Part shown: positions 25,101 to 37,909 of the stretch, piece by piece
How the letters are laid out: the number at the start of each line of letters is the position of its first letter
Position numbering within the stretch: position 1 is the first letter of the stretch
Source of the DNA: Ylistrum balloti
Taxonomy: Eukaryota
DNA length: 64,000 nt
Direction of reading: 5' to 3'
Assembly: GCF_031769215.1 (NCBI RefSeq)
Contig: NW_026782711.1
Location: forward strand, 1,240,001-1,304,000
Made by a program: the position numbers and the translations under genes
Notes under the pieces: generated by a model
Database searches by the model: none
Told to the model about the DNA's origin: nothing
The model's input: only the letters and a program-made list of their open reading frames with translations

Positions 25101-28100
25101 TCAAACATTCGGAGCACCCAAATAAACACACGAGCATCGCGAGAGTGTCCATTGTTTAACAAACGTAAGTTGAACAATTCATTATTGTATACCATGTTTA
25201 CTAACTTTCTCGATTTTCGTATCACCAGAAGGTGCCGGTGATTGATTATCTCGAGACAGACACCTCAGTGTCTGTTTGTTTATCATCCTAGCTTTATCAA
25301 TTCACGGATATTGACTTTTGCTATTATTGTTTCGACCAAGGAATTGTTTTTTCCACGTAAATCGCACCCGGAAGATTTTTGGTCTGCTGTTTATTGGATC
25401 TCGTTTTATATATGTTTATATTTGAATTGTGACAAGATTCAGAATATGTACATGTACCAGACATTCTTTGAAATAATTCTGTATAGAAATTTATGGAATT
25501 AATTGAATGTTTGGGTTAGAGCAACTTCCCCTCCAGGTTTTGACATGGATTTATTTGTATACCCTTCGAAGTAAAATCTATTAGAGATGATTTTTGTATT
25601 ATGAAATTACATTTTTCTCACTTCATGATTGGCTTATAAAGTGACACGTGATTTCCGATAAAAGGTCCTATCGAAAAGGCCAAGAGATAAAACTGGTTGA
25701 CCGGGTACTTCTAAAAAAATAATGACATATTCGAAAGTGTTTCGTCGACCTTGACACCCCTAACGATAAATTACATTTACAACAAATGATAAATTGTTTG
25801 TAAAATATGTTTGTTACCTGTAAAGAGGCATATTGTGCTATTACATTAATTTTGTTTTGTTTCACAATATGAATAAAATCACACGTGTATATAAATATAA
25901 CAGTTAATTAAGAAAATTTATTTTAAAAAAAAAATCATGATAAAACTGTTACAGCCTTATGATTTCGTCAATACATGGTGATATCGACCTTAGGAAAACA
26001 TTGACTTCGTCCACGGTCGATATTTTTTTCACAGATTGATCTAATCATATATCGACCTCATCAAAAAGAAATAATCGTATAGTATTATTTATACCCTATG
26101 TCGTCACTGACTTTTAGGGACATATTCCTTCTAAACACACTTTCAATAAGAATATACGTTTTAAGAGGCTGTCGGAATTATAGATGCCATAAATTGTTTA
26201 TCATACGAAAAAAAAGACTAATTTGCAAACATGTAAAAGAAAAAGCATTCACCAAGCTTCTCTTTTACTTAGTTCTGTTAAAAAAAGTCATGTTTCATTT
26301 TCTTAAAACCCGTAATTTTTTTCACACTTACAAAAATAGTAGTACACAATACCCTGTGGGTGACATTGAAGGTGATCTACCAAATGTCTCTAAACAGTGC
26401 ACACAAATAGCCAATGCCAATATTAGCTGTTATGACCTACATTCGTAAAAAATAACGATATGTTTTGTGGAAAGGCCCAGAAAGTATGTCCGTGTGATGA
26501 CGACGACATATTTTACGAGAATATCAAAGGTAGGTAAAAGAAAAACATAATTGCCATAAATGTGTTTTAAAAAAGACGAAGTGTTGCAACGAAAATCTGC
26601 CGCTGTCTTATTACAAACGAATAATTTATCATCATAAAGGGAGACATATCCATTTGGCATTGATCTAACCATTAATATATCTAGCACTGCCCCTTTTGTA
26701 TTAGGAGAGGTCCGAAACAATCGGTTACGTGATTTTTATGTCGATCAATAGTAAAACTGGTGATCTCTATCAGTTCTTATTCACGGGGAATGAGTCTTAC
26801 CAGTTTGAATTGATCATATAATCTATTCAAATAAGTCCTATCATCAAAGGAACTGAAGAACCTAGAAAGTCTCGTTTTTTACCGGATGGGATTATTTATT
26901 TTTAAGATATTGCTAAATATCGGTTTTCAATTTATTGAATATTTCCTTATTGAACGTCTATTTCTAAGCCAGCGCTTTCATATCCGATCTTACATGTCTT
27001 TGATCGCCAATATTTCAAACCCAAAGCAATAACTTTCAAATGATGATTAATCACGACATCAATGTCATTACATCATTGAAAACAATCTCAACAATATTGT
27101 TCGTTTATCGACTATGCTTGAGGGCTGTTCTGGGCTATACAGAGGATAGATTCATGTATTGTTTTAATTGGACATTGCAAAGACTGACGAGATGTGAAAT
27201 GAATACTGTGAATATGTTGTCATAGTAAATGGCCTTCATATGCGTTTCATCTCGTCCGAAAGCTATCTTCATACACTGGACAGTTATAAATCACTGCTGA
27301 TTATACCCTTGATCCAGACTTATCTCTCACAGGACAAAAAGTTTATTGTTTACACATTCAGCATGTCTGGTATTAAAACACGCCGGGAATGCCTATTTAC
27401 TTAATGTGACATTTTGCATTAAAGGTTTCCCTGGGTACACAATGTATTGTACATGTAGTTGGTACCTTGTGGACATCATACAGCTATCAAATATCCAGCA
27501 ATTAATTTATTCGTGACTGGCTTGTCGTACATCTATTCATTTCGTCTTCAATGCCTGACGACAGATTTCCCACAGACATTGTGTTGACAAGCTTTTAAAT
27601 GAATGTGCAAATTTCTTGAAGTGAACACAAGGATTTCAAATCATACGAAAAGAAATTAAAACCTTAATCTGAGACGAAGAGAACAATATTTATTCCAAAA
27701 TTTCACAAATTCTTGTATAAGATTGGTAAAAGTCGATATATACGATTGTAAAAATTTCTTTAACGAAGCCTGGTCATTGTTATAATGAATTGATTTCTTC
27801 GTGCATTTCAGTGACTTTCATCATTGATAATCTGGGATATGAATTAACACAAGGGAGGACAAGGTTTAGCCTGATTAGATTGGTATCTTTGTTTGTGTAT
27901 ATTCAGCCAATACATATTCTCCAGGGACGTTCAGCTGCCGTAGAATTACAAGGCTGGCCTGCTTATTCTCCATAGCGGTCACAACAACACATTTCTGTTC
28001 AACTTATCAGTCAGAAATCTTCAGGAATCAAAAACGGAGAAGCTATAATGTTGAAAATGTCAATTGAATTTTGGTCACGTATTTCTATTTGAGATTTCAG

Positions 28101-28499
28101 GACCTATACATCTATTTGATTAGAATAAGTGGAAATTACATTGGGGTCTATGCAAGGCAGATTTCATCTAAGTATATATACAAACATGTCGATGTGTATT
28201 GCATAAATGTCGAGGCAGCATTTCGTCAGGTGAAATGTAATAAGACCAATGTCCTGAATGCAGAATCGAATCAATATGAACATTAATCTTCGTTTTAACG
28301 TACTGTCTATGAAGTAGTAGACGCTTACTCTTCCGGAACATTCGGTCTAATTTATCTGACATGTCCACTATGTAAATCTTGAACAATTCATAGTTTGCCA
28401 TGGTTGTACTGATTTTAAGTTAGAAATGTAGTGTTACTTGTCGACACTACATCGTTTTGAATTGAGACACGGCTGTCGAATTACTAAATTACTAAACTA

Positions 28500-28965
28500 A
28501 AGCGGAAGTCCATCTACCCAAGACAATTCTTGGTGAATTTCCAATGGCCACGGAAGTTCTTTTCCAGTGGACGTGGAAGTTCATCTACCCATTGCAAGTC
28601 TTGGCGATTTTCCAGTGGACAAGGACGTTCGCCTACCCATGACAACTCTTGGTGATTTTCCAGTTGACAAGGACGTTCGCCTACCCATGACAACTCTTGG
28701 TGATTTTCCAGTTGACAAGGACGTTCGCCTACCGTTGACAACTCTTGGTGATTTTCCAGTTGACAAGGACGTTCGCCTACCGTTGACAACTCTTGGTGAT
28801 TTTCCAGTGGACACGGACGTTCGCCGACCCATGACAACTCTTGGCGATTTTCCAGTGGACATGGGAGTCCACCTACCCATGACAACTCTTCGCGATTTTA
28901 CAGTGGACACGGACGTTCTTTTCCAGTGAATGCAGACTTCAACTACCGATGACAATTCTTGGTGA
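28500..28965. repeat. 48-bp tandem repeat (~9 copies), open in several frames
   Basis: Unit ACAACTCTTGGTGATTTTCCAGTTGACAAGGACGTTCGCCTACCCATG; it generates the ORFs 28514-28885, 28567-28929 and 28581-28979. Confidence 0.9.
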
Positions 28966-31900
28966 TCTAATGTGGGCATGGACTATAATTATCTCTTGAA
29001 GGCGTTCTAACATAACGGACTGCAACTACCCATCGACATTGTAATGTTTGGTAAAGATGCAAACTGTAAATTTGTTATTTTCAAGTTGTTTAATTTATGG
29101 CTATTTTCGAATATGGGAATAAAACCATAAAAATAAAAATAAAACTTAGAATGTTTTTGACCTGATGTGGTGGTATTATGGGTTAAACACATTCTGATAT
29201 ACGAATTTATATGACTATACATTAGACACGGTGAGTGACAAAAGAAACTGACAGGTGGCCAGGCCAATAATAACACGTCTATTCCTGGTGGTGGGACAAT
29301 AAGGCTATAGCTACATGAATTACAATCAAACAGGATGTCTCCCCGAGCGAAGTTTGGTTAATATTGTTTTTATTCAGTTTCGCTTTTCATTTATGGTTAT
29401 ATTATTAATTTCCAAAAGAATTTTAACTTAACGGGTTTACACCGCTTATCACATGTGTTTGATGTAGGTATATTTTAAATTTCATCAAGATAGCATTCAG
29501 GGTTCAAGGGTTATTGCTCAAACAAAACCATGTTGAAAATTTGGCACGTACATGTGTGTATTTGGCCTTTGACCTTGCCATGACGATACGGTGACCAGAT
29601 TACTTTGCTCTTCACTCCTTCAGTACATATGTTTCATGAATATATGAATATATCTTGAACAATTCAATATGGATCGAAGAGATTGTACTGAAACGTTGGC
29701 ACTTATTTGACCACTGACATCGAGGTGAAGATCGCAGAGGCCTTATTTTAATGCTCTGCACACCAAGTGTGGGTGTTGTTCGCATGTCTTGAGTGTCATC
29801 TAAATATCTTCATTGGTTCAGAATTAAGTATCAGAAGAACCTGAAGTAGCACCAGACGAAGCAGAAGAACTAATACTGTAGTGATACAGTATGTCCTCCT
29901 TCATTCGAAATTTATTACATTTAGCATTTTCTTTACTTTGTCACTACTAGTTTAGGCGCGTAATAACATTAAGCGTTGAGACAGCTACGACTATTGCGAT
30001 AAGAACCAAAATTATTACATTAAGCACAGAAGCTGTAACGTTTAATGTAATAAAGAGGAAGTTTTTTAAACTAGGCGCAGCAGTCGCAAAGTTGAATGTA
30101 ATGAGTATTACATTAAGCGTTGTTATGACAATAAGAGTTGCAACAATGTCAGTCGAAGGTACCATACGATCTATTGGCAGGGATTTGGTGTAAATATTAC
30201 GGTCATTCACAAAATGCTATATACCAAATATTGTTCTATCACGCTTAAAAATCGAAATGAACATCAAATGTTATCAAATTTTGAAACTTAAGAATTGGTG
30301 ACCTGTCCACCTACACTCATCAGTGAGGAGGCGTAAAAGGACGAGGTAATGTGATTTATGTTCTTTATTTATGATTTGGTAAAGCCGATTAAATCTAAAG
30401 GTAATATCTACGGAAATCCAATTTGACGAAATTAATTAAAAACTGAACTTAGATAATTCCATGGTTGTTGCCTGTTGGAATGTCAGGACAGTAATGTAAA
30501 ACACACATTTCAGGATTTCCGCATCCATATTTGCGATGATGCGCAGATCAATATATCACGGTGTCTGAATACAGTAGAACGTAGAGTTAATAATAACAAG
30601 TCGATGGGTGCAAACAAACACATGTTTACATTGTCCTGAGCTTAATCTAATAACCATCCCTCCAGATTTTGATAAGCTGCTTAAATTGAAATTAACCAAT
30701 AGTCCAAAGTGTTATAAAATATTTTCAGACGTTCGGAAACAGAATTGGATAGCGATGTGCTGTTGGTAGATTAAACAGCAAACAATAATTTTTTGTTTGT
30801 CTTAGTTAAACATATCGTCGCACCTAAAACCATTTTCAACAGCTTTCTGTGATTGATGACACATAGATTGATTTAATTAATGAAATTAATAACGATTATT
30901 GTGAATGGTCACAGGGTATATTAGTAAATATCTAATTGGTTTTGTGGTGTTAAGGAAATGACACTCTATCCCACCAGGTTGCTTCTAGCTCCTAAATAAA
31001 GAGTGTTTATTTCTGTTACATATTCACGTACAGTGTTCTGTCTGACGTCTCGGAAGAATGAGCGCTGCAGCCAAGTTTCGCGCCAAACTGTCATATCTTC
31101 ACGAGATCTCGCGGCGTCCACGTCGCATTGCGTCATTATCGCTAATGATAACTTGGGGAACGCTTTACATTTGTTGACTGGATGTGACGTCAGCATGTGT
31201 TCCTTGAGGCTGAATGCCGAATGCAACAGGAATTATCGAGAAACGATTTGGAAGTACCGAACAGCTGCGACATTAAGCTGTCAGTATCGAGATGTTGACC
31301 GCTGACCGATGTTCGGGGGCCAACATCTGGAATTTCAGACGTTACTCACTATAGAAAAGTATAGAGAATAAATAGTAAAGATACAGCAAATGATGCGTAC
31401 ACCCCAAATAAGCTGTGATAAGGATTGTCAAAACTCGACATTCAAAAGCATTCCAAAGGCTAATGACGAATTGGAGTTGAATGTATCGTTAAATATCAAA
31501 TTGTACTCAAATCGCGTTTAAGGACATCTGTCCTACGACCTGACACACTGACCAGAATTACCCTCTGACAAGCAGCCCTTTAACGACGAGACCCATTACC
31601 ATGATCAACTCGACTGCCAAATATGAAGCTGAAACCACGTCACAAGGGTAACTACCCCATATGGTTCTATGTCCAGTAAAATGGGAATGGTTAATCCACT
31701 AAACGACCTGATCGATAAACATTAGCCATTGCCAACAGCGCTTTGTCTAACATCTATATATATATATCGTACTTTAATGGATTTCCGTGTCTTATGAAAG
31801 TACTGCTCTTCTATAAGCGAGCTGTGAAGGGTGTCATATATAATTAATACATATTCAGCGACAGGCAAACAGGTACATTATAACTAACGATTTGTTGTTT

Positions 31901-33122
31901 GCTGGAACGAAGAGGAAGATTTCAGAGTCGGTATTGGACAAAAATGAGGGATATAATTATTTAACAAGGAATTACAATACCTAAAATATATATAAAAATT
32001 ATCATAAGGGAAAAACAACTTTATAGTGCAGTGTAAAACCTATACAAAACACAAGTCATAGGTACAATCCTTTGACAGCGAAAATGTCAAGAGTAAAATT
32101 ATTACAAAATAATTTCCTTTTAATCAAATGAATGATTTACATAGTTATAACTTTTCAATAAAGCCTTGAACATCATCAATACGAAGCTTGTATCGGAAAT
32201 AAGCCTTAAATTCTTTCCTACACACCTAAAAATTTGAAATTCGTGTTGGAACGGCGACGACACATTGTCATAATTGCTGCTATGCTAGACGGATGACAAT
32301 GTCGAAGATGAATAGGTCATTCAGTTAAAATAAAATCATCGGCTAGGACAAACACACAATGGGAGTTTTGTAAACATAAATATTGAGATTTTATATCATT
32401 TGTGGCATGCTTGTCTGCCTGCTAAGCTCAGTCATATCACGACAGTTTATAGACAATTTAAAAATATATGAGACAGGTACTACAGTCTGTTCTCCAAGTT
32501 ATTCTATTTTTAAGACACTAGTCCATGATACCAACCACTGGACTGCTTAAACCATACTATAAAGAACAGAAAAACATCGTACGTTTTAATCGCCTTTACT
32601 TAAAAAAACAAAAACAGTCGTCAACAAAAACAAATGATTATGAAACACTAAAATGATGTCATTGTATTACTTTTTTGTATTTTTGGTGTGATGTATTTCC
32701 ATCTTCACAAGAACTGACATCACCAACACTCGATAACATTCTATTTATGTATATGAGTATGAATCGCACTAATTTGTGTACATTAGTCTGGGTGTTTCCT
32801 TGAACTAAGTCTGTGCATCTTACAATCACTTGGTCTTACGGTAACTAGATCTTTTGTCATGAAATGTGTTACTTAAGTATTCCTGTGTATCTCTAACCCA
32901 ACCAGTGTAATATATAAATCCTAATTCCTAGTACCAATCATTACTTCTAAATACAAATTTAATCAACAGAACTACAGATATAACAATATCAAAATATCTA
33001 ACATAAAGAATGAAAATGGTAAACGGAACTAGATATGTCTTTTGAATATGTATATTTGAGTCAATGATGTTTTCACAACGAGCTATTTACATTTGTACAT
33101 TGTGAATATTTCCACAATATTG

Positions 33123-34916
33123 TCACTGCTTGACGTACATACAGTCGGGACCATGGTATGTCGCTACTGGTTTGTTGATAAAGTTAGTGAAGCCTTGATC
33201 TTTGAGGTACTGAACTATTTCTTCATCATAGTCACGCTTGAATGTTTCTGGGTCTCGCGCCAGTACGAAGAGTGTGGCTTTCAGGTTGTCGGTCACTACA
33301 GAGTACTGGTACTGGTCATCCTTTCCAAACGTTGTAGGTCCTAGTTTGATCACCCAGTCTGAAATGAATTTAAATGAAGCTGATTCACGGGCTACCAACA
33401 ATGATGCTGCCATCAAGAATAAAAAAAAATTGTACCTGATTAAAGATTTTCTGTAGGTTATAAAAACGAATCCTTACTGGGTATGTTTAAATCATCAAGA
33501 AAAATTTAATATAGAAAGGCAATCGACTTGAAGCAGCCCATAAAACGGAAGTCCATGGTAAAGTATTAACTACTTTTGAATCTTGATATTAACATATATC
33601 GTTCTACTTAACTGTATTGTACATATACAAATTTATACAATAATAACTTTACATAAATCGAGTGCAAATCGTAATCTCATTATCAGCATCCATTCCATGG
33701 AGGCTCTCTTGTGAAACAATTACCTTAAGAATCAAGACTCGTTTTATATATCTTATGGGAAGTGTCTTACAATTGCCCGACAGAAGTAATTTCCTAATAT
33801 TCTCATCAAACTAGAGGTCACGGTTAGGATTGGGTTTGATTGAAAGTTTTATTTTCATTTTAACTTTGTTTTGAAACAAGTTGTAAGCTAGCTAGAGCTA
33901 TTTAGAACAATACCTTATTCGAACACGTCCCTTCGAGATTTTCAATCAAACATAGTATTGTGAGTTTAGTAAAACAGTGTCGCTACATAATAAAGGATGC
34001 ATATCCATGAAAACAGAGTTTGAACTTTGAACTTTAAGTGGTATACACAATTATACTTACAAGGGGCTGGGAACGGAGCTGTTTCGAGATTGACGGTCAG
34101 CTTTCCTGGCTCATTGGATGGAACTGCGTATCCGTTGATAGTTTTGAGCGTTCCGTTCGGAGTCTTCAGATTTTCTCCATTACGAACGAGCACATTCCCA
34201 GAACCGTCCGTTGACATGGAATCTATAAACGATAGGAGCCAATCGACTTAACTTCATGTAACGATAAATCGAAACACGTCACCGTGCTAATTAATGACGA
34301 CAAAGAGCAGTATATAAGAAATAAGAGGTATGACAGTTACTTCGAAAATTTGTCAAATATGATAACAAGATTTTGTTGGACTTACAGTCAGCAGTTACAC
34401 ACACGGCATCCTTTTCAAACGTGGCATATACTGACTGACTGGCGTACATCTGTGGAAAATAGGAAATACATTGAAAAAACAGGTGATTATAATTGACAGT
34501 GTTTGAAAGTCGATTTTATATCTAAAGAACTACTATGACAATGATAAGTTTTAATTCAGCCGACTTAATCTTGCAACATGGGGATCTTAACCGGAAGAGA
34601 ATGATGATATATTTTGGCAAACATGAGACTTAAACTTTAAAATCTTGAATATGTGTCAAGAAATAGAAAAAAAGGAGAATAAGGATAAACAAACACAAAA
34701 AACAAAACAAACCAGACATCTATTTTAGACTATAAGACACTATATTGGCCATAGCTTGTTGATTCTGTTATAACCACATACCTGATACCATCGTCCTAAG
34801 TATTTCGGCACGTCCAGTTCGGTGACGGTTTTAATACCACTTCCTAGACCAAAGCTGTCTAATAGGAAAGCTGAAATTGCCGGGGCAAACAGGGCGATCA
34901 GAAGTACACTGTGCAT
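33123..34916 (-). CDS. APOD: Apolipoprotein D-like secreted lipocalin, copy A; exons 34916-34782, 34449-34386, 34222-34061, 33358-33123 (198 aa)
   Basis: Signal peptide MHSVLLIALFAPAISA; SCR1 motif LDVPKYLGRWYQ; ..CVTADY..; PYWVIKLG..YQYSVVTD..LFVLARDP (SCR2/3); C-terminal Cys (GPDCMY). All junctions are GT-AG with exon lengths 135/64/162/236. Confidence 0.92.
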
Positions 34917-34970
34917 TTTGTTGTCGGCTCTACAGCAGGTAAAGTTAGGTTAATGGAATGATAGAGCTTT

Positions 34971-35025
34971 GTCTTATATAACAAATAAGTTATATAACGT
35001 TTGTTATTCACGTTTCTGTCAACAC
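34971..35025 (-). promoter_or_regulatory. Core promoter of ApoD-like copy A (TATA box plus a conserved 18-mer)
   Basis: TATATAAGAC (34971-34980, minus strand) and GTGTTGACAGAAACGTGA (35008-35025, minus strand) are both also present upstream of copy B. Confidence 0.65.
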
Positions 35026-36082
35026 CGTCTAAGACACGTGTTCAGGACAAATAAACGGGCAGTGACTTCCCTTATCTAAGACTGGGTTATTGCACAATTA
35101 TCTCTATGTTAGTTATACATATTGTCTCAAAACGTGCAATGTGTCTCCCGTTAATGGTACATTAAGAGCCCGAAAATGAGTGTTTCCTCTTTTTTCAGTG
35201 CATATGTAAAATTCAGATCATTCATACTTACGAAATTCCTGATTATGTATAAAAGGTAGTATTCTGATATCCATATTGATTACATTGTGAAAATATTCCC
35301 AAAATATACACTTTTGAGTTGAAAATGTCTTTCTGCTTTGGATATATATGCTTCATCAATTAAAATTGTTTCATGGCAAGTTTATTTTATGATTGTTTAT
35401 AAAATGTCTTCTTTTCGTGAGGCACTGAAGGATGTTATCCTGAATGACCATCTGAGTACCTTATTCCGTGTACCAAAACTCCAACTGAAACACGACGCTC
35501 CATATGTAAAGGCACAAGTATAACACGTCAAAACATACATATGATATAATGAAAACAAATTGAGCAGGGACTCAAATAGATTTATACCCCACTCCCTGAT
35601 TTTTAAAAAATGTTTGGTTTTTCATTATATCTCTTGTACACAAACTGTTGGAAACTTTATTTCAGAAGAATGACATTTAAACTCGACAGTTGACTACGAA
35701 AATCTCATCAACTGTAGAACATGATGATGTGATGCTATTTTATTTCAAACATATTCTATTGACTGAATAAATCAAAAGGAGTGAACAACAAGCATATAAC
35801 CTATATATGTATCCCTTGCTTCTGGACACATAATTCATATTTGGAAATAATGGAAACATAGAAAACATTTTAAAAGAAACATTTAAAGACAACACTGATT
35901 AAAAATCTTCTTTAGACCTATAACTCATATCTTATTATAAAATGAATTAATAATAAAAAGAATATTCGGGTATTTTTAACACAAAATCCATATGGGTCGA
36001 ATGTCATGCAATTTTTTATCTATATAATCTCCCTATGTATACAAGTACCTTCAATGCTATATGATGGTCATATCCTAAAACA

Positions 36083-36084
<2 letters not shown>

Positions 36085-36143
<59 letters not shown>
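36085..36143. repeat. (CA)n(TA)n microsatellite between the ApoD-like genes
   Basis: About 24 CA dinucleotides followed by a TA run. Confidence 0.95.
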
Positions 36144-37662
36144 CCGTATGTGTTCTAACTGACCATGTTATTTGGCTGAGATAAGTTGATAAAAGAACTT
36201 ATTGCTATGACAATAGATATGATATATATTCTATATCGTTTAGTTACTAATACTAATAATCTCTGTGTATTGAGAGACATCTTGATGTTAATTACCTCAT
36301 GAATTTTTAAACAGATTTTCAGTGGCATGGATTAGTTATCTATTTTGTAAGAAAAAAATCACATTAGCTGATGAATAATTGTTATCACATAATAATAAGT
36401 CAATTACGATAGTAATACCATTGTTATTCATGAACTTTAAATGATAACATACCATTCAATAAGTGTTATGATTATATAATGTTCATGTGGGCATGGGTCA
36501 CCCGATGGTAAGATGTGATATTATGGTGTAAATATAAACTGTTTAGGAGATATTTTGTGTTTCAGCTTTGTACGGACGTTCCGACGTACGCATGGACGTA
36601 CATACAAAGCGATTACTACATAGATAAAGGTAGTTCCATCATATGCGGTACTAAACACACCAACAACACTCAGGATATTTACTGTGTACATTAAAGTAGA
36701 CTGTATAGTTGTACAAGCTTATCTTTCTTGGTAAATACTACTACCGGAGCAATGTTCTATTAGATCAGTACGTCATATACATCACACGTGGTCGGCTTAT
36801 CATTATTTACAAAATCTGCATGTGAACAAAGAACAGTCACTGTTAAAAATATTGTACAAATGACACACAAGTGAATAGCACCTTTTAATACAAAAATTAG
36901 AATTAGATACAATATACATTTGCATTGAATCAAACGGCAGCATATAAATTGCTTTATTATTTTAGGACACGCCGTTAAAGCCATGGCTTAAAGACTTAAA
37001 TCGCTAGGAGGTTACCCTAAAAAATAAAAACTAACCGAGATCAATGTTAAAGATACATTTTGCAGGGAGATGAATCAACCCCATAATTTAGAAATGAAGC
37101 AAGCTAACTTTTTTTCAACATTGGAATTATTTTAAAGGAAGACCATGTACACTATTCAAGTGGATATTCTGAACGACATTTTTCATATGAATAAAAACAA
37201 CTGGCATCTGTCCACGAACATAATCTAACCCAAACAATTCCGAAAGGTTTGTACAAAAGGCACGAAAATAAAAAGACACCTATAAGTTTGAAATTATTTG
37301 GATTTCGGAAAACTATTTCCTTGTTTTCGTTAAACATACGCACACATATATTTATATCAAATACGGGAACAATTTCGACAGGAAATTCAAATCTGAAACC
37401 TTCGTATCAACATTCTCGGTATTTAAATTGGCCAGGAACAAAATGATTGGTAGCATGGGAATGTTGGCGTTATCATAATGCTATGATTTCGTCGGTATAA
37501 CATGCTTTTCTGAACAACTTTTTCCAATGTTTTAATCGATTTGAAATCTCCCTTTGTAACATATTAGGAGATAAATATTGATGCTGATTTCTGTACCCCT
37601 ACAGACACATTTTTTTTATAAATAATTTACCAATCAGTTTAATAGGAACGAAGACGGAAAAT

Positions 37663-37857
37663 TGACGTCATGTGCTGTGATTAATTTTGAATATATGTTG
37701 AGAAATGCACACCCATATAAAGAAACTCAAGAATGTGTCTTGCTATTATCTTAGTCCAGGTGTCAGTGGTCAGTTTGACGTCATGAGCACATGCTTTACA
37801 ATGTGTTGACAGAAACGTGAGTTATCAGCTTTATGTAACTTTATTTGTATATAAGAC
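37663..37857 (+). promoter_or_regulatory. Promoter of ApoD-like copy B (two CREs, the conserved 18-mer, TATA box)
   Basis: TGACGTCA at 37663-37670 and 37776-37783; GTGTTGACAGAAACGTGA at 37803-37820; TATATAAGAC at 37848-37857; ACAACAAAATG start context shared with copy A. Confidence 0.65.
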
Positions 37858-37909
37858 GAGGACTAGCAACTATTCCATATCTGCAATTGAATTATACAGT
37901 TACAACAAA

